In this document: positions 22,049-32,014 of the stretch, one piece after another | Layout: each line of letters opens with the position of its first letter | How positions within the stretch are numbered: position 1 is the first letter of the stretch | NCBI GenBank assembly: GCA_964574685.1 | Contig: CAZNOI010000004.1 | Location: 64,930 to 128,929 of the forward strand | Direction of reading: 5' to 3' | Length of the DNA: 64,000 bases | From: an uncultured Dehalococcoidia bacterium | GTDB taxonomy: Bacteria > Chloroflexota > Dehalococcoidia > SZUA-161 | Position numbers and translations under genes: made by a program | Notes under the pieces: model-generated | Told to the model about the DNA's origin: nothing | Database searches by the model: none | What the model saw: the letters and a program-made list of their open reading frames with translations, nothing else

Positions 22049-24052
22049 CTAGAGCAACCTCCCTATGAAGTGCCCGTCCCTGTTGGCGTCACCCATCTGG
22101 TGCGGGCAGCGGGCGTCGCCGATCTTGTATATCTCCTTCACCTTGCCCTGTAGTTCATTGTACAGGCTGTCGTTGGGTGTCTTGCCGCTGAGAAGCACCA
22201 CCGTGTCGACATCCGGGATCTCCCGCATTTCCATGCTGTGGATGTTGATCACGGTACAGGTCTTCTCGACGACCATGACCATGAAGGTCTGGGCATGTAC
22301 CCGAACACCCTTGTTGAGCATTCTCGGCATGACGTGGAACCAGGTCATGTCCTTGATCATGTCGATGCCACCATAGTTCGGATGTGGGGAGACCAGGTCA
22401 ACCTCCAGACCCTGGTCGGCCAGCATCTCGGCTAAAGCCGCGGCTGTCACGTCTCCCCTGGTGTCGAAGATGAGGGCCTTCTTGCCGAAGTCCTTGCCCT
22501 CGGCTATGCCCTTCACGATCTGATCGCCGGAGTAGACATGGTCCTGCTCCCAGCCGGTCACCTCCATCTGGCTGCCGCCGTTGTAACCGTTGCGCATCCA
22601 CGTTGACCCCGTTGCTATGACAACAGCATCGGGGTTCTGGTCGAGGATGGTCTGGGCGGTGGCTTCCGTACCGCTTATCGCCTTGACCCCAACCTGTGGC
22701 AACTGTATCTTCTGCCATCGGATGAGGCCGCCCATTTCCTCCCTGCCGGGCAACTGCTCGGCCAGCAGCGCCTGTCCGCCCAACTCTTCGGCCTTCTCGA
22801 AAAGGGTAACGTCATGTCCCTTCAGGGCGCACACGCGAGCGCACTCCATGCCCGCCGGTCCGCCGCCAACGATCACGACCTTCTTCTTCTGCGGGGCCTG
22901 CTTGTAGCCCCCAATGCCCCAGCCCCAGTGCTCCATACCGACTGTGGGGTTGGCGACGCATCGTATTGGGGCACCATCCATCATGAATTTGATGCAGTTC
23001 TGGTTACAGCCCTGGCAGGGACGGATGTCATCCAGCCGTCCCTCTCTTGCCTTGTTGGGCAACTCGGGGTCCGCGATAAGGGGTCTGGCCATGGCAATCA
23101 TGTCGGCCTTGCCCTCAGCAAGCGTGCTCTCCGCGATCATGGGGTCGTTGATCCTGCCGACTGCCACAATGGGTATGTTCTTGACGACTTCCTTGATCTG
23201 CTCAACGGCGTACATCTGATATGCCGGGGGCAGATACAGAGGGCCGAAGTACATATGCATGGACTGGGTCTCTCTACCGACGCCGCATATCAGCCAGTCG
23301 ACCTTTTTGTCCTGGTCAAGCAGCTTCGCGAGTTCGACGGCGTCCTCCGGGACAATGGAGCCGGGAAGCAGGTCGTCCACCGTGAGTGTGTAGCCGATGG
23401 CCATCTTGTCGCCGACCACCTTGCGCGCGACGTCGATGGACTCGAGGAGGAACTTGGCGCGCTTCTCCACTGTCCCGCCCCATTCGTCGGTACGGGAGTT
23501 GATCGTGGCCGAGAGGAAGTCTGCCACCAGGCCTGAGTGATTGTGGATATCTATGGCATCGACTCCGGCTTCCTTGAGATTCTCGCAGCAGATCGCCCAG
23601 TACTCGAAGAAGCGCTTGAAGTCCTCGTCGGTCATCTCCTCCCACATCTGGTCCCCGAAGTTCGGATCGGGCTTGACGGAGGGACCTCGCTTGTTTCCCA
23701 GACTCATACCCATGAACTGAAAGCTGCAATAGGCACCCTGCTCGTGGATGCCTTCGGCTATCCTCTTGAATCCGGGTACGATTTCCTTCTTCCAGGTCCA
23801 TATGTGCCTGTCGTAGTGGCCGCCGTTGTGCTTCATGAAGATGATGTCGCGTGGCTCCGTGTAGCCGACCGACATCCCCACCCAGCCTGCACCACCCTTC
23901 GCCTTCTCGATCTCATAGTGGATGAACTCATCTGTCGGTATCCCGTCATGGTTCATGAGCGGGCCATGCGGCGATACCATGATCCTGTTCTTGACCGTGA
24001 ACGGTCCTATCTGTATGGGAGTGAAGAGGTACTTGAACTGCTGGGCGCTCAT
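22049..24052 (-). CDS. Old-yellow-enzyme family FMN/FAD/[4Fe-4S] oxidoreductase (2,4-dienoyl-CoA reductase FadH-like / dienoyl-CoA:acceptor oxidoreductase-like)
   Basis: 667 aa with an N-terminal OYE TIM barrel, the CQGCNQNC iron-sulfur motif and a C-terminal FAD/NAD(P) Rossmann domain (VVIVGGGPAGMECA). Confidence 0.8.
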   Translation of the reverse strand: MSAQQFKYLFTPIQIGPFTVKNRIMVSPHGPLMNHDGIPTDEFIHYEIEKAKGGAGWVGMSVGYTEPRDIIFMKHNGGHYDRHIWTWKKEIVPGFKRIAEGIHEQGAYCSFQFMGMSLGNKRGPSVKPDPNFGDQMWEEMTDEDFKRFFEYWAICCENLKEAGVDAIDIHNHSGLVADFLSATINSRTDEWGGTVEKRAKFLLESIDVARKVVGDKMAIGYTLTVDDLLPGSIVPEDAVELAKLLDQDKKVDWLICGVGRETQSMHMYFGPLYLPPAYQMYAVEQIKEVVKNIPIVAVGRINDPMIAESTLAEGKADMIAMARPLIADPELPNKAREGRLDDIRPCQGCNQNCIKFMMDGAPIRCVANPTVGMEHWGWGIGGYKQAPQKKKVVIVGGGPAGMECARVCALKGHDVTLFEKAEELGGQALLAEQLPGREEMGGLIRWQKIQLPQVGVKAISGTEATAQTILDQNPDAVVIATGSTWMRNGYNGGSQMEVTGWEQDHVYSGDQIVKGIAEGKDFGKKALIFDTRGDVTAAALAEMLADQGLEVDLVSPHPNYGGIDMIKDMTWFHVMPRMLNKGVRVHAQTFMVMVVEKTCTVINIHSMEMREIPDVDTVVLLSGKTPNDSLYNELQGKVKEIYKIGDARCPHQMGDANRDGHFIGRLL

Positions 24053-24226
24053 CGAGACATCCTCCTAGGACTTGATATACGGAAAACGGACGGGTCTGGC
24101 GGGCGGACTACAAACAGCCTTCGCTGATTTGCGCCACTATAGCACCGGCCGTCCGAAGTTGTCAAGTTCAGGTGCCGGCGGCCGAACGGACGGGCGCGAG
24201 TGACACAACTGAGTGCGCCGAACGGC

Positions 24227-25201
24227 TCAGCGCAGCCAGGCTGCGGCATCCCTGGCGTGATAGGTTATCACGATATCGGCTCCAGCCCTTCTCATCGCCG
24301 TGAGGCTTTCCATCACCACGTTGCGCTCATCCACCCAGCCCTTTGCGGCGGCTGCCTTCACCATCGAGTACTCGCCGCTGACGTGGTAGGCAGCGAGCGG
24401 GTGCGGGAACGTGTCTCTGACCTGCCGTAGCACATCGAGGTACGGCAACGCTGGCTTCACGAGCACCATGTCTGCGCCCTCGGAGAGGTCCAGTTCCACT
24501 TCCCGGAGGGCTTCGCGGGCGTTGGCCGGGTCCATCTGGTAGCCGCACCTGTCGCCGAAACCCGGCCTGGATTCGGCGGCGTCGCGGAAGGGACCGTAGA
24601 ACGCGGACGCATACTTGGCGGCGTATGACATGATTGCGGTATCGTGGTAGCCCTCGTCGTCAAGCGCCTCGCGGATTGCGGCCACTCTGCCATCCATCAT
24701 GTCGGAGGGAGCAACGATGTCGGCCCCGGCTGCGGCGTGAGATACTGCTGTGCGGGCAAGCAATGCCAGGGTCTCGTCGTTGTCCACAGCATCGTCCACC
24801 ACCAGCCCGCAGTGCCCATGGCTCGTGTACTGACAGAGGCAGACATCGGTTATGACAGCCAGGTCCTCGACCTCACGCTTGATGGTGCGCACTGCCTCCT
24901 GTACGATGCCGGAGGGATCATAGGCGGTGGTGGCTGTATCGTCCTTTGACTCGGGCAGACCGAACAGGATGACAGCAGGTATCCCCAGGCCGAAGATATC
25001 GCGCGCCTCGTCAAGCAGGCGGTCGGTCGAAAGGTGGAATATGCCAGGCATCGAGGGGATTTCGCGCCTGACGTCAACTCCGGGCACTACAAACAGCGGC
25101 TGGACGATGTTGTCGACGCTTAGTGACGTCTCTCGTACCAATCTCCTCATGGACGGCGTCCGACGAAGCCGCCTCATCCTGATATCGGGGTACATCGCCA
25201 T
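24227..25201 (-). CDS. hemB: Porphobilinogen synthase (delta-aminolevulinate dehydratase)
   Basis: Conserved RRLRR...PLFV N-terminus, the active-site lysine region and 324 aa length. Confidence 0.9.
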   Translation of the reverse strand: MAMYPDIRMRRLRRTPSMRRLVRETSLSVDNIVQPLFVVPGVDVRREIPSMPGIFHLSTDRLLDEARDIFGLGIPAVILFGLPESKDDTATTAYDPSGIVQEAVRTIKREVEDLAVITDVCLCQYTSHGHCGLVVDDAVDNDETLALLARTAVSHAAAGADIVAPSDMMDGRVAAIREALDDEGYHDTAIMSYAAKYASAFYGPFRDAAESRPGFGDRCGYQMDPANAREALREVELDLSEGADMVLVKPALPYLDVLRQVRDTFPHPLAAYHVSGEYSMVKAAAAKGWVDERNVVMESLTAMRRAGADIVITYHARDAAAWLR

Positions 25202-25251
25202 TCCCGTGACCTCTGTTCTGCCCGAAGGCCTCTCGCTGAGTTGCAGTCGCT

Positions 25252-25809
25252 CTACTTGCTCTTGACCAGGGACAGGAACTCAGAGCGCGTGGCGGGGGTT
25301 CGCCTGAATAGCCCTCGCATCGCGGACGTTACTACAGTGCTGCCCGGCTTCTTGACCCCTCGCATTGTCATGCAAAGATGCTCGGCCTCAACCACAACCG
25401 CAGCTCCCTTTGGCTGCAGGACTTCGACGATTGTATCAGCTATCTGACTGGTTAGCCGCTCCTGAAGCTGCGGTCTCTTGGCCAGGACGTCGACGACTCT
25501 GGACATCTTGCTCGCGCCTACTACCCACCCGTTGGGTATGTAGCCAACATGGACCAGGCCGTGGAAGGGCAGCAGGTGATGCTCACACATGGAGTAGAAC
25601 GGAATGTCCTTGAATATGACCATCTCATGATGGTCTTCCTGAAAGCCTACCCGTAGATGCTCTCTGGGGTCGCTGTTTATGCCGCTGAATACCTCGGCGT
25701 ACATCTCTGCGATTCGTGCGGGGGTGCCCACCAGACCCTCGCGGTTCAGGTCCTCGCCTATGGCCTGGATGATGGATTCAACTGCCTTTCTGACTGTCTC
25801 CCGGTCCAC
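25252..25809 (-). CDS. folE: GTP cyclohydrolase I
   Basis: [22 protein letters not shown] and HLCMTMRG motifs. Start placed at the GTG preceded by GGAG; the longer upstream extension is rejected. Confidence 0.8.
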   Translation of the reverse strand: MDRETVRKAVESIIQAIGEDLNREGLVGTPARIAEMYAEVFSGINSDPREHLRVGFQEDHHEMVIFKDIPFYSMCEHHLLPFHGLVHVGYIPNGWVVGASKMSRVVDVLAKRPQLQERLTSQIADTIVEVLQPKGAAVVVEAEHLCMTMRGVKKPGSTVVTSAMRGLFRRTPATRSEFLSLVKSK

Positions 25810-25856
25810 TGTGCTGATTCTCCTGACTGTAGCTGTGCGCGGACAGAGCCCTGCAG

Positions 25857-26906
25857 CTAGTTGCCGAGCATAATCCTCTCGACCGTATCGTAGTCGGCCG
25901 GTATCTCCTGGACCGATGGGGCCTGCCTGAGAGCGGTGTCGGGGTCCTTGAGTCCATTTCCGGTTATGATGCAGACCACAGTCTTGCCTGCCAGGTCCAG
26001 TCCCATACTGCAATGCTTGATCAGTCCCGCCACTGATGCGGCTGAGGCTGGCTCGCCGAAGACGCCTTCGCTCGACGCAAGCCGGGAATAGGCGCTTAGT
26101 ATCTCGTCATCGGTGACGCAGTCGATTACACCACCGGACTCATCGCGGGCCGCAACGGCCTGCTTCCAGCTCGCCGGATTGCCTATCCTGATAGCGGTTG
26201 CGACTGTCTCCGGATGCTCGACGACAGCATCGAGGACGATTGGCGCAGCACCGGCTGCCTCGAAAGCCATCATCCTGGGCAGGCTGCGGGATTGACCGGC
26301 GCGGTGGTACTCGGTGAAGCCTTTCCAGTATGCGGTGATGTTCCCGGCGTTGCCGAGCGGTATGAAGAGATAGTCGGGGGCCTTGCCGAGTGAATCTACG
26401 ATCTCGAATGCCGCGGTCTTCTGGCCCTCGATGCGGTACGGATTCAGGGAGTTGACCAGGGTGATCGGATGCTTCTCCGTCACCTGGCGTACCATCGTCA
26501 GCGCGCGGTCGAAATTGCCGTCGATGCTGATGACCTGCGCTCCGAAGATCATTGCCTGCGCCAGCTTCCCGAGAGCGATGTTGCCCTTGGGCACCAGGAC
26601 GAATACCCTCAGGCCGCAGCGCGCTCCATAGGCCGCTGCGGATGCGCTTGTGTTGCCCGTCGAAGCGCAGGTGAGAGCCTTGCTCCCCTCCTCTACGGCT
26701 TTGGCGACCGCAACGACCATTCCCCGGTCTTTGAACGACCCGGTCGGATTGCAGCCTTCGAGCTTGAAGTAGAGTTCGCCACACCCGACTTCATGTTCGA
26801 TATGATGCGACCGCACGAGGGGTGTGTCGGCTTCGCCTATGGTGAAGATGGGCGTGTCGGACGTTATGGGAAGGTAGTCGCGGTACCTGTCGAGTATGCA
26901 GCGCAT
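25857..26906 (-). CDS. thrC: Threonine synthase
   Basis: PLP lysine motif SFKDRG, a TGNTSAS-type glycine loop and ~350 aa length. Confidence 0.85.
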   Translation of the reverse strand: MRCILDRYRDYLPITSDTPIFTIGEADTPLVRSHHIEHEVGCGELYFKLEGCNPTGSFKDRGMVVAVAKAVEEGSKALTCASTGNTSASAAAYGARCGLRVFVLVPKGNIALGKLAQAMIFGAQVISIDGNFDRALTMVRQVTEKHPITLVNSLNPYRIEGQKTAAFEIVDSLGKAPDYLFIPLGNAGNITAYWKGFTEYHRAGQSRSLPRMMAFEAAGAAPIVLDAVVEHPETVATAIRIGNPASWKQAVAARDESGGVIDCVTDDEILSAYSRLASSEGVFGEPASAASVAGLIKHCSMGLDLAGKTVVCIITGNGLKDPDTALRQAPSVQEIPADYDTVERIMLGN

Positions 26907-26911
26907 ACCAC

Positions 26912-28210
26912 TCAGTCCTCTACCCGGATGAGGTTGCTCACGTCCTTGACCACATCGAGTCGGCCGATTTGAGTGATAGCATGTTGCATGTTTCGCTCGC
27001 TCGACCGGTGGGTCATGATCACTATCTCGGCGGTCTGCGACTCTTCGTCAGTCTCCTTCTGGATCGCGGACGAGATGCTTATCTCCTTCTCACCCAGTAT
27101 TCGGGTGATGTTCGCAAGAACGCCGGGCTGGTCGGCTATCCTGAGGCGGATGTAGTAGCGGGTCCAGATGTTGTCAATCGGCTTGATCCGCCTGTCAAGG
27201 CCGGATGGCGGCTCGGGCTTCCCGCAACGACCCAGGACTATATTCTGCGCGATCTCTATGGCATCGGCGACGACAACGTTCGCCGTGGGCTCCGAGCCCG
27301 CGCCGCGACCGTAGAATATGACTCTGCCCGAAAGGTCACCCTCAACCTGCACCGCGTTGAACACCCCATCCACCTTTGCCAGGAGCATACTGTCGGGAAT
27401 CAGTACGGGGTGTACCCTTGCTTCCACGTCCCGGCCGTCGCTCTTGGCAATGCCGAGCAGCTTAATTGCATACCCCAACTCCCGTGCGTATCGGAAGTCC
27501 TGGGAGGCCGTGCGTGAGATCCCTTCTCTGTACACGTCCTCCGGGCGAACTTCCGTATTGAAGGCGATCGTCGCCAGTATCGCGATCTTGTATGCTGCGT
27601 CGAATCCTTCGACGTCGCTTGTGGGGTCGGCCTCGGCGTACCCGAGAGACTGCGCTTCACTCAAAGCGGCTGAGAACTCCAGCCCTTCAGAATCCATCTT
27701 GGTGAGGATGTAGTTAGTAGTGCCGTTGATAATGGCGTGGATCGCAGAGATGTCGTTGATCTGAAGGTTGCGCTTCAAAGGCGCTATGAGCGGTATGCCG
27801 CCCCCTACGCTTGCCTCGTACAATAGCCCCAGGCCCCGGGAGGAAGCCAGCCCCATCAGCTCAGGGCCGTGCTTGGATATGACCTCTTTGTTGGCGGTGA
27901 TGACGTGTTTGCCGCTCTTGAGGGCTTCTTGGATGTAGTGCAGGGCCGGTTTCTCTCCCCCTATCAACTCGATGAGGATATCGATGCTGTTGTCTTCGAT
28001 TATGTCCTCGGCGCGCGATGTGAAGCCGCCCGGTGGGATGTGGGGGGAGTTCTCCCTGGTGCGGTCGAGGTCGGCTACGGTCTTCAATCGGAGGGACGCC
28101 CCGACGTGCCGGGCAATGGTGTCGCTCTTCTGGGAGAGTATACTGGCTACCCCGCTGCCGATGACGCCGAGGCCGAGGAGACCGACGTTTACGCTCTCAC
28201 GGGAAGCCAT
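26912..28210 (-). CDS. hom: Homoserine dehydrogenase with C-terminal ACT domain
   Basis: N-terminal NAD(P) motif VGLLGLGVIGSGV, a catalytic domain and a C-terminal ACT domain; translationally coupled to thrC. Confidence 0.9.
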   Translation of the reverse strand: MASRESVNVGLLGLGVIGSGVASILSQKSDTIARHVGASLRLKTVADLDRTRENSPHIPPGGFTSRAEDIIEDNSIDILIELIGGEKPALHYIQEALKSGKHVITANKEVISKHGPELMGLASSRGLGLLYEASVGGGIPLIAPLKRNLQINDISAIHAIINGTTNYILTKMDSEGLEFSAALSEAQSLGYAEADPTSDVEGFDAAYKIAILATIAFNTEVRPEDVYREGISRTASQDFRYARELGYAIKLLGIAKSDGRDVEARVHPVLIPDSMLLAKVDGVFNAVQVEGDLSGRVIFYGRGAGSEPTANVVVADAIEIAQNIVLGRCGKPEPPSGLDRRIKPIDNIWTRYYIRLRIADQPGVLANITRILGEKEISISSAIQKETDEESQTAEIVIMTHRSSERNMQHAITQIGRLDVVKDVSNLIRVED

Positions 28211-28228
28211 AGTGCCTCGGTGCCGGGC

Positions 28229-29176
28229 TCATTTTGTCTTGTCGCGTGCCCACTGTATCTTGGATGAGTCGAGGTAGTCCTCAACCGTACTGGAGAGCCG
28301 GAAGTCTTCCAGCCAGTCGTCGAACTTCCTGTTTCCGAGGACGTTCCGATGTGCGTCGGTGATTTCCATGGCCTCATCGATCTCGACCACCTTAAGTACC
28401 TCGTAACCCCGGTCCGTACTGACCGGCCCACCCAGTTGGCCGGGCTGGAGATCGAAGGCGACAGGGTCAAGCTGCTCAAAGACCCCCTCGGGCACCCAGC
28501 CGATATCACCGGACTCCAGTTGCGCTATCGCGGTCTCGTTGCCAGCGTTGACCTGGTCGAGGAAGTCCTGCGCCTCCTCTTCCGTTGGTTTGGCAACCCG
28601 CTGGAGGTGTACATGCTTGGCTTCATCAGGGACCTTGTTCTCTCGGAAGTACCAGCGCAGTTCTCGGTTGAGGAGATCGGACTCAAAGATGGCTCTTGCC
28701 TCCGCGTCGGTGAGCCCGGTATAGTCAAGGAAGAAGGAGTACATGTCCGCGAGTTCTTCCTCGGTCGGGTCCGGGTTGCCCTGGCTTCCGTAGCTGCTGA
28801 TCAGGAAGTCCTCCACCGCGTCTGTCACGTTACCGGGTAGTACACTGATGCCGAGCTGTTCGGCGCCCTGCCGGAATAGCTCCTCCTCCTGGATGTTCTG
28901 GATAACCTCGTAGGGACTCGTGTCGGGTGACACGGTGCGCAGCCGCTTCACATAGTAGTCCATATCGAAGACCGTATCGTTGACTCGAACAGCGGGCTCG
29001 CGCCATGCCGCAACGTAGTTGTCGTAGGCCCAGTACCCGACCAGACCTGCCACGATGATGACCACAACGGGGATGATGATGGAGATGGCAAGAGATATGT
29101 TCCTGTCTCGCTGCCATCGGGGCGCCCGGCGCTTCGAGCCGGACGAATCGAAAGGCGTCTTGAGTTTCTTGCTCAC
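28229..29176 (-). CDS. Membrane-anchored PpiC/parvulin-type peptidyl-prolyl isomerase (PrsA/SurA-like foldase)
   Basis: N-terminal TM anchor, a SurA-N-like region and a parvulin motif (VAFDLQPGQLGGPVSTDRGYEVLKV). Confidence 0.6.
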   Translation of the reverse strand: MSKKLKTPFDSSGSKRRAPRWQRDRNISLAISIIIPVVVIIVAGLVGYWAYDNYVAAWREPAVRVNDTVFDMDYYVKRLRTVSPDTSPYEVIQNIQEEELFRQGAEQLGISVLPGNVTDAVEDFLISSYGSQGNPDPTEEELADMYSFFLDYTGLTDAEARAIFESDLLNRELRWYFRENKVPDEAKHVHLQRVAKPTEEEAQDFLDQVNAGNETAIAQLESGDIGWVPEGVFEQLDPVAFDLQPGQLGGPVSTDRGYEVLKVVEIDEAMEITDAHRNVLGNRKFDDWLEDFRLSSTVEDYLDSSKIQWARDKTK

Positions 29177-29235
29177 AACGAGTCAGTATCCAAAGGGGTC
29201 TCGGACTGCGCGACCGGGAACCGGCCTGCAGCCGG

Positions 29236-29703
29236 CTACTCGGCGGCCTGCTCCTGTTCTGTTTCTGTGCTGGTTGCGGCCTCGGCAGAGAGAGGTGGGC
29301 TTGATGCAGGCGCCGGGCTCGGAGCAGGGGCGGGAGTGGGGGGGGGACCGTGACTTCGCCCCGGACCTCCTCCTGACCTGGCGTACCTGTCCCCCGAGCG
29401 CTGGTATTCTCTGGAGGGCACGATGCCAGACTGCCGAGCGTGTTCATGGTTGTAAGGCAGGAGTGCCATGTAGCGGGCCCTCTTCAGCGCCTGGCTGAGA
29501 GTACGCTGATGCTTCGGACACACGCCTGTCTTGCGCCGGGGCTCTATCCGCCCACGGTCCGATATGAATCGCAGCAGCATCTGGACGTTCTTGTAGTCGA
29601 TGTACTGGCTCTTGTCGGCGCAGAAGATGCATACCTTCCGTTTCGGAAAGTACCTCCCTCGGCCTCGCCTGTCCCTGCCGCCCTTCCTCATAGGTCTCGG
29701 CAT
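29236..29703 (-). CDS. rpsR: 30S ribosomal protein S18 with ~70-aa Pro/Ala-rich C-terminal extension
   Basis: S18 core ([43 protein letters not shown]...ALLPY) followed by a low-complexity acidic tail. Confidence 0.85.
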   Translation of the reverse strand: MPRPMRKGGRDRRGRGRYFPKRKVCIFCADKSQYIDYKNVQMLLRFISDRGRIEPRRKTGVCPKHQRTLSQALKRARYMALLPYNHEHARQSGIVPSREYQRSGDRYARSGGGPGRSHGPPPTPAPAPSPAPASSPPLSAEAATSTETEQEQAAE

Positions 29704-29754
29704 TTAGCTGTCTTCCTCCAACTGGATGTCACCGGCTACGCCGGTGCGATATCG

Positions 29755-30162
29755 CTAAAAGGGAATGTCGCCTGGATCGATGTCTTCGTCTCCGGCGGGT
29801 TCGCTTCCGACTTCCGGCAGATTGCCAACCGGGCGCTTGTCCAGGAACAGAACACTGTTGGCGACAATCTCTACCCGTGTGTGCCTTTGCCCGTCCTGCC
29901 CTTCCCAGTTGCGGGTTCGCAATCTGCCCTCTACATAGGCGCGCTGGCCCTTCGTGAGATACTGGTTGCACGTCTCCGCGAGGCGGTTCCATGCGACCAC
30001 GTCGAACCAGTCAGTGTCCTGTCTTCTCTCACCGTCTGAGGTGGTGTAATTGCGATTCGTGGCGATGCGAAACGAAGTGACAGGATTTCCGTTCGGGGTG
30101 AACCTCATCTCAGGATCGGTACCAACGTTCCCGATGACCATTATCTTGTTCAGACCCACCAT
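29755..30162 (-). CDS. ssb: Single-stranded DNA-binding protein
   Basis: OB-fold (NKIMVIGNVGTDPEMRFTPNG...) and an acidic C-terminal tail DIPF. Confidence 0.9.
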   Translation of the reverse strand: MVGLNKIMVIGNVGTDPEMRFTPNGNPVTSFRIATNRNYTTSDGERRQDTDWFDVVAWNRLAETCNQYLTKGQRAYVEGRLRTRNWEGQDGQRHTRVEIVANSVLFLDKRPVGNLPEVGSEPAGDEDIDPGDIPF

Positions 30163-30185
30163 ACGGATACTCCTTCCACCGGCCC

Positions 30186-30473
30186 CTACTGGTCCTTTCG
30201 AACCAGCACGTGGCGGAGGACCTTCTCGAGAATCCTCAGATTGCCCTCTAGCTCTGAGATGCTTTCGGGCTCCAACTGCACCTGCTCGAGGATGTAGTTC
30301 CCTTCCCTGAAATGCTTGATGGGATATGCCAATCTGCGGATACCCCAGTGATTGGTCTCTGTGACAGCGCCACCCTTTGCGCTTATGTAGCCGTTGACCT
30401 TCTCAAGGGTATTCGGCAATTCCTCCTCGGTGACTTCAGGGCTGATTATCATCAGCAACTCGTAGTCCCGCAA
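30186..30473 (-). CDS. rpsF: 30S ribosomal protein S6 (TTG start)
   Basis: S6 family sequence; AGGAGA 5 nt upstream of the TTG. Confidence 0.9.
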   Translation of the reverse strand: MRDYELLMIISPEVTEEELPNTLEKVNGYISAKGGAVTETNHWGIRRLAYPIKHFREGNYILEQVQLEPESISELEGNLRILEKVLRHVLVRKDQ

Positions 30474-30518
30474 TAGCGCTCTCCTTTGTGTGGGATGCGT
30501 TTGGCCGAAAGTCGGCTC

Positions 30519-30547
30519 ATTATACCATGGAGCATCGACCGCAGCAA
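30519..30547 (-). promoter_or_regulatory. Putative promoter of rpsF-ssb-rpsR (TTGCTG-N17-TATAAT)
   Basis: Perfect -10 hexamer and a good -35 with 17-nt spacing, ~45 nt upstream of the rpsF start. Confidence 0.45.
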
Positions 30548-30558
30548 GATATTCGGAG

Positions 30559-31803
30559 CTAGCCCACGATGCCCGGGATAGGGAAGGCGGCTGTCATCTC
30601 AGCGACCTGAGCGGCTGCGCGTTCCCTGACCTGAGCACTCTCCGGATTCCCCAGCACGTCGACTACCAGTCGTGCGACCTGCCTTGTCTCGTCGACTCCG
30701 AACCCTCGTGTCGTGATAGCGGGTGTTCCAAGCCTGATTCCGCTGGCCACTCTGGGCGGCCTCGTGTCGAACGGGATGGCGTTTCTGTTGGACGAGATAC
30801 CCACCGATTCCAAGGCCAGTTCAGCGTCCCTGCCGGTAATTCCTGACCGGGTCAGGTCTACCAGTACTATGTGATTGTCGGTTCCGCCGGTGACAATACG
30901 GAAGCCTGCATGATGAAGCTCCTCTGCCAGCACCGAGGCGTTCTGGATTACGGCCTTCTGGTATTCGGCGAACGATGGACGAGAGGCCTCCATGAATGCC
31001 ACAGCCTTGGCCGCTATGACGTGCATAAGCGGGCCGCCCTGCATTCCGGGGAAGACGCTGGCGTCGATGCCCGAAGCGATGTCCGACCGGCATATGACAA
31101 AGCCGCCCCTTGGCCCTCTTAGCGTCTTATGCGTGGTGGACGTGACAACATCTGCGTGCGGGATGGGAGAAGGGTGCATTCCACCGGCGACTATACCGGC
31201 CAGGTGCGCCATGTCAATCATGAGTCTGGCGCCGACTTCGTCCGCGACCTCACGGAACCGGGCGAAGTCGATGACGCGCGGGTACGAGCTTGCACCGGCC
31301 ACGATCAGCCGCGGCCTCTCTTGCCTCGCCAGCCCGGCTATCGCGTCGTAGTCAAGGAGTTCCGTATCCCTGTCCACACCGTAAGTGGCAAACCTGTAGA
31401 GCTTGCCGGAGAAGTTGAACCCGCCACCGTGTGTCAGATGACCGCCATGGGCGAGGCTCATCGCAAGTACGGAATCGCCGGGTTGCAGCAGAGCGAAATA
31501 GGCGGCCATGTTCGCCTGCGCGCCGCTGTGCGGCTGTACGTTGGCGTGATCAGCCCCGAAGAGGTCTCTGGCGCGACTAACGCAAAGCCTTTCCACTTCG
31601 TCGACATGCTCGCAGCCGGCGTAGTAGCGCTTTCCGGGGTATCCTTCGGCGTACTTGTTCGTGAGAAGCGAGCCCTGGGCCTCCAGAACGGCAGCAGAGG
31701 CGTAGTTCTCGGCTGCAATGAGGTCGATCTGCCTCTCCTGGCGCAGCCGTTCCCTGTCGAGAGCAGCCGCCAACTCGCTATCGGTCTTCTTGAGTGGAGT
31801 CAT
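30559..31803 (-). CDS. glyA: Serine hydroxymethyltransferase
   Basis: TNKYAEGYPGKRYY and the PLP site TTHKTLRGPRGG. ATG at 31803 matches the N-terminal spacing of characterised SHMTs. Confidence 0.95.
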   Translation of the reverse strand: MTPLKKTDSELAAALDRERLRQERQIDLIAAENYASAAVLEAQGSLLTNKYAEGYPGKRYYAGCEHVDEVERLCVSRARDLFGADHANVQPHSGAQANMAAYFALLQPGDSVLAMSLAHGGHLTHGGGFNFSGKLYRFATYGVDRDTELLDYDAIAGLARQERPRLIVAGASSYPRVIDFARFREVADEVGARLMIDMAHLAGIVAGGMHPSPIPHADVVTSTTHKTLRGPRGGFVICRSDIASGIDASVFPGMQGGPLMHVIAAKAVAFMEASRPSFAEYQKAVIQNASVLAEELHHAGFRIVTGGTDNHIVLVDLTRSGITGRDAELALESVGISSNRNAIPFDTRPPRVASGIRLGTPAITTRGFGVDETRQVARLVVDVLGNPESAQVRERAAAQVAEMTAAFPIPGIVG

Positions 31804-31829
31804 GATAGTCAGCCTGCAGGCACTGTGGT

Positions 31830-31864
31830 ACAAAACAGAAGGCCACGTTCGACATGCGTGGCCT
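31830..31864 (-). terminator. Intrinsic terminator-like hairpin AGGCCACG-N9-CGTGGCCT followed by TTCTGTTTTGT, located in the glyA leader
   Basis: Perfect 8-bp GC stem plus U-tract on the minus strand, 27 nt upstream of the glyA ATG and ~150 nt after the ferredoxin stop. Confidence 0.5.
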
Positions 31865-31907
31865 TGACCTGTCGGTCTCGCCCGGAGCGGGAATCATCAC
31901 CGAACTG

Positions 31908-31936
31908 ACTGTACACCAGCCGTCAGGCAGTGTCAA
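31908..31936 (-). promoter_or_regulatory. Putative promoter TTGACA-N17-TACAGT upstream of the glyA leader hairpin
   Basis: Consensus -35 and acceptable -10 on the minus strand, ~40 nt upstream of the terminator-like hairpin. Confidence 0.4.
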
Positions 31937-32014
31937 CTCCGATGACGGTGCCGAGTATGGGGTCGCCGCTCCGGCATTCGCGGGTTGGAAGGTACTGACA
32001 AAGGTGTGGAGCAG

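Noticed and set aside
21835-22068. 77-aa plus-strand ORF in the OYE-etfA intergenic region with an upstream AAGGAG
   Set aside because: It covers the 14-bp inverted-repeat element, its composition follows the repeat rather than a protein, and it has no homology signal.
25252-26013. 253-aa version of folE
   Set aside because: GTP cyclohydrolase I is ~185 aa. The upstream 67 residues are Arg/Gly-rich and overlap the thrC region. A GTG with GGAG 10 nt upstream gives a canonical N-terminus.
31804-31833. Upstream TTG start for glyA (MYHSACRLTIM...)
   Set aside because: Alignment to characterised SHMTs supports the ATG at 31803. The extension has no ribosome-binding site.
31866-31910. ZTP (pfl) or THF riboswitch in the glyA leader
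   Set aside because: Only ~45 nt are available upstream of the hairpin and none of the conserved pfl/THF sequence blocks are visible. It is kept as a generic attenuator hypothesis.
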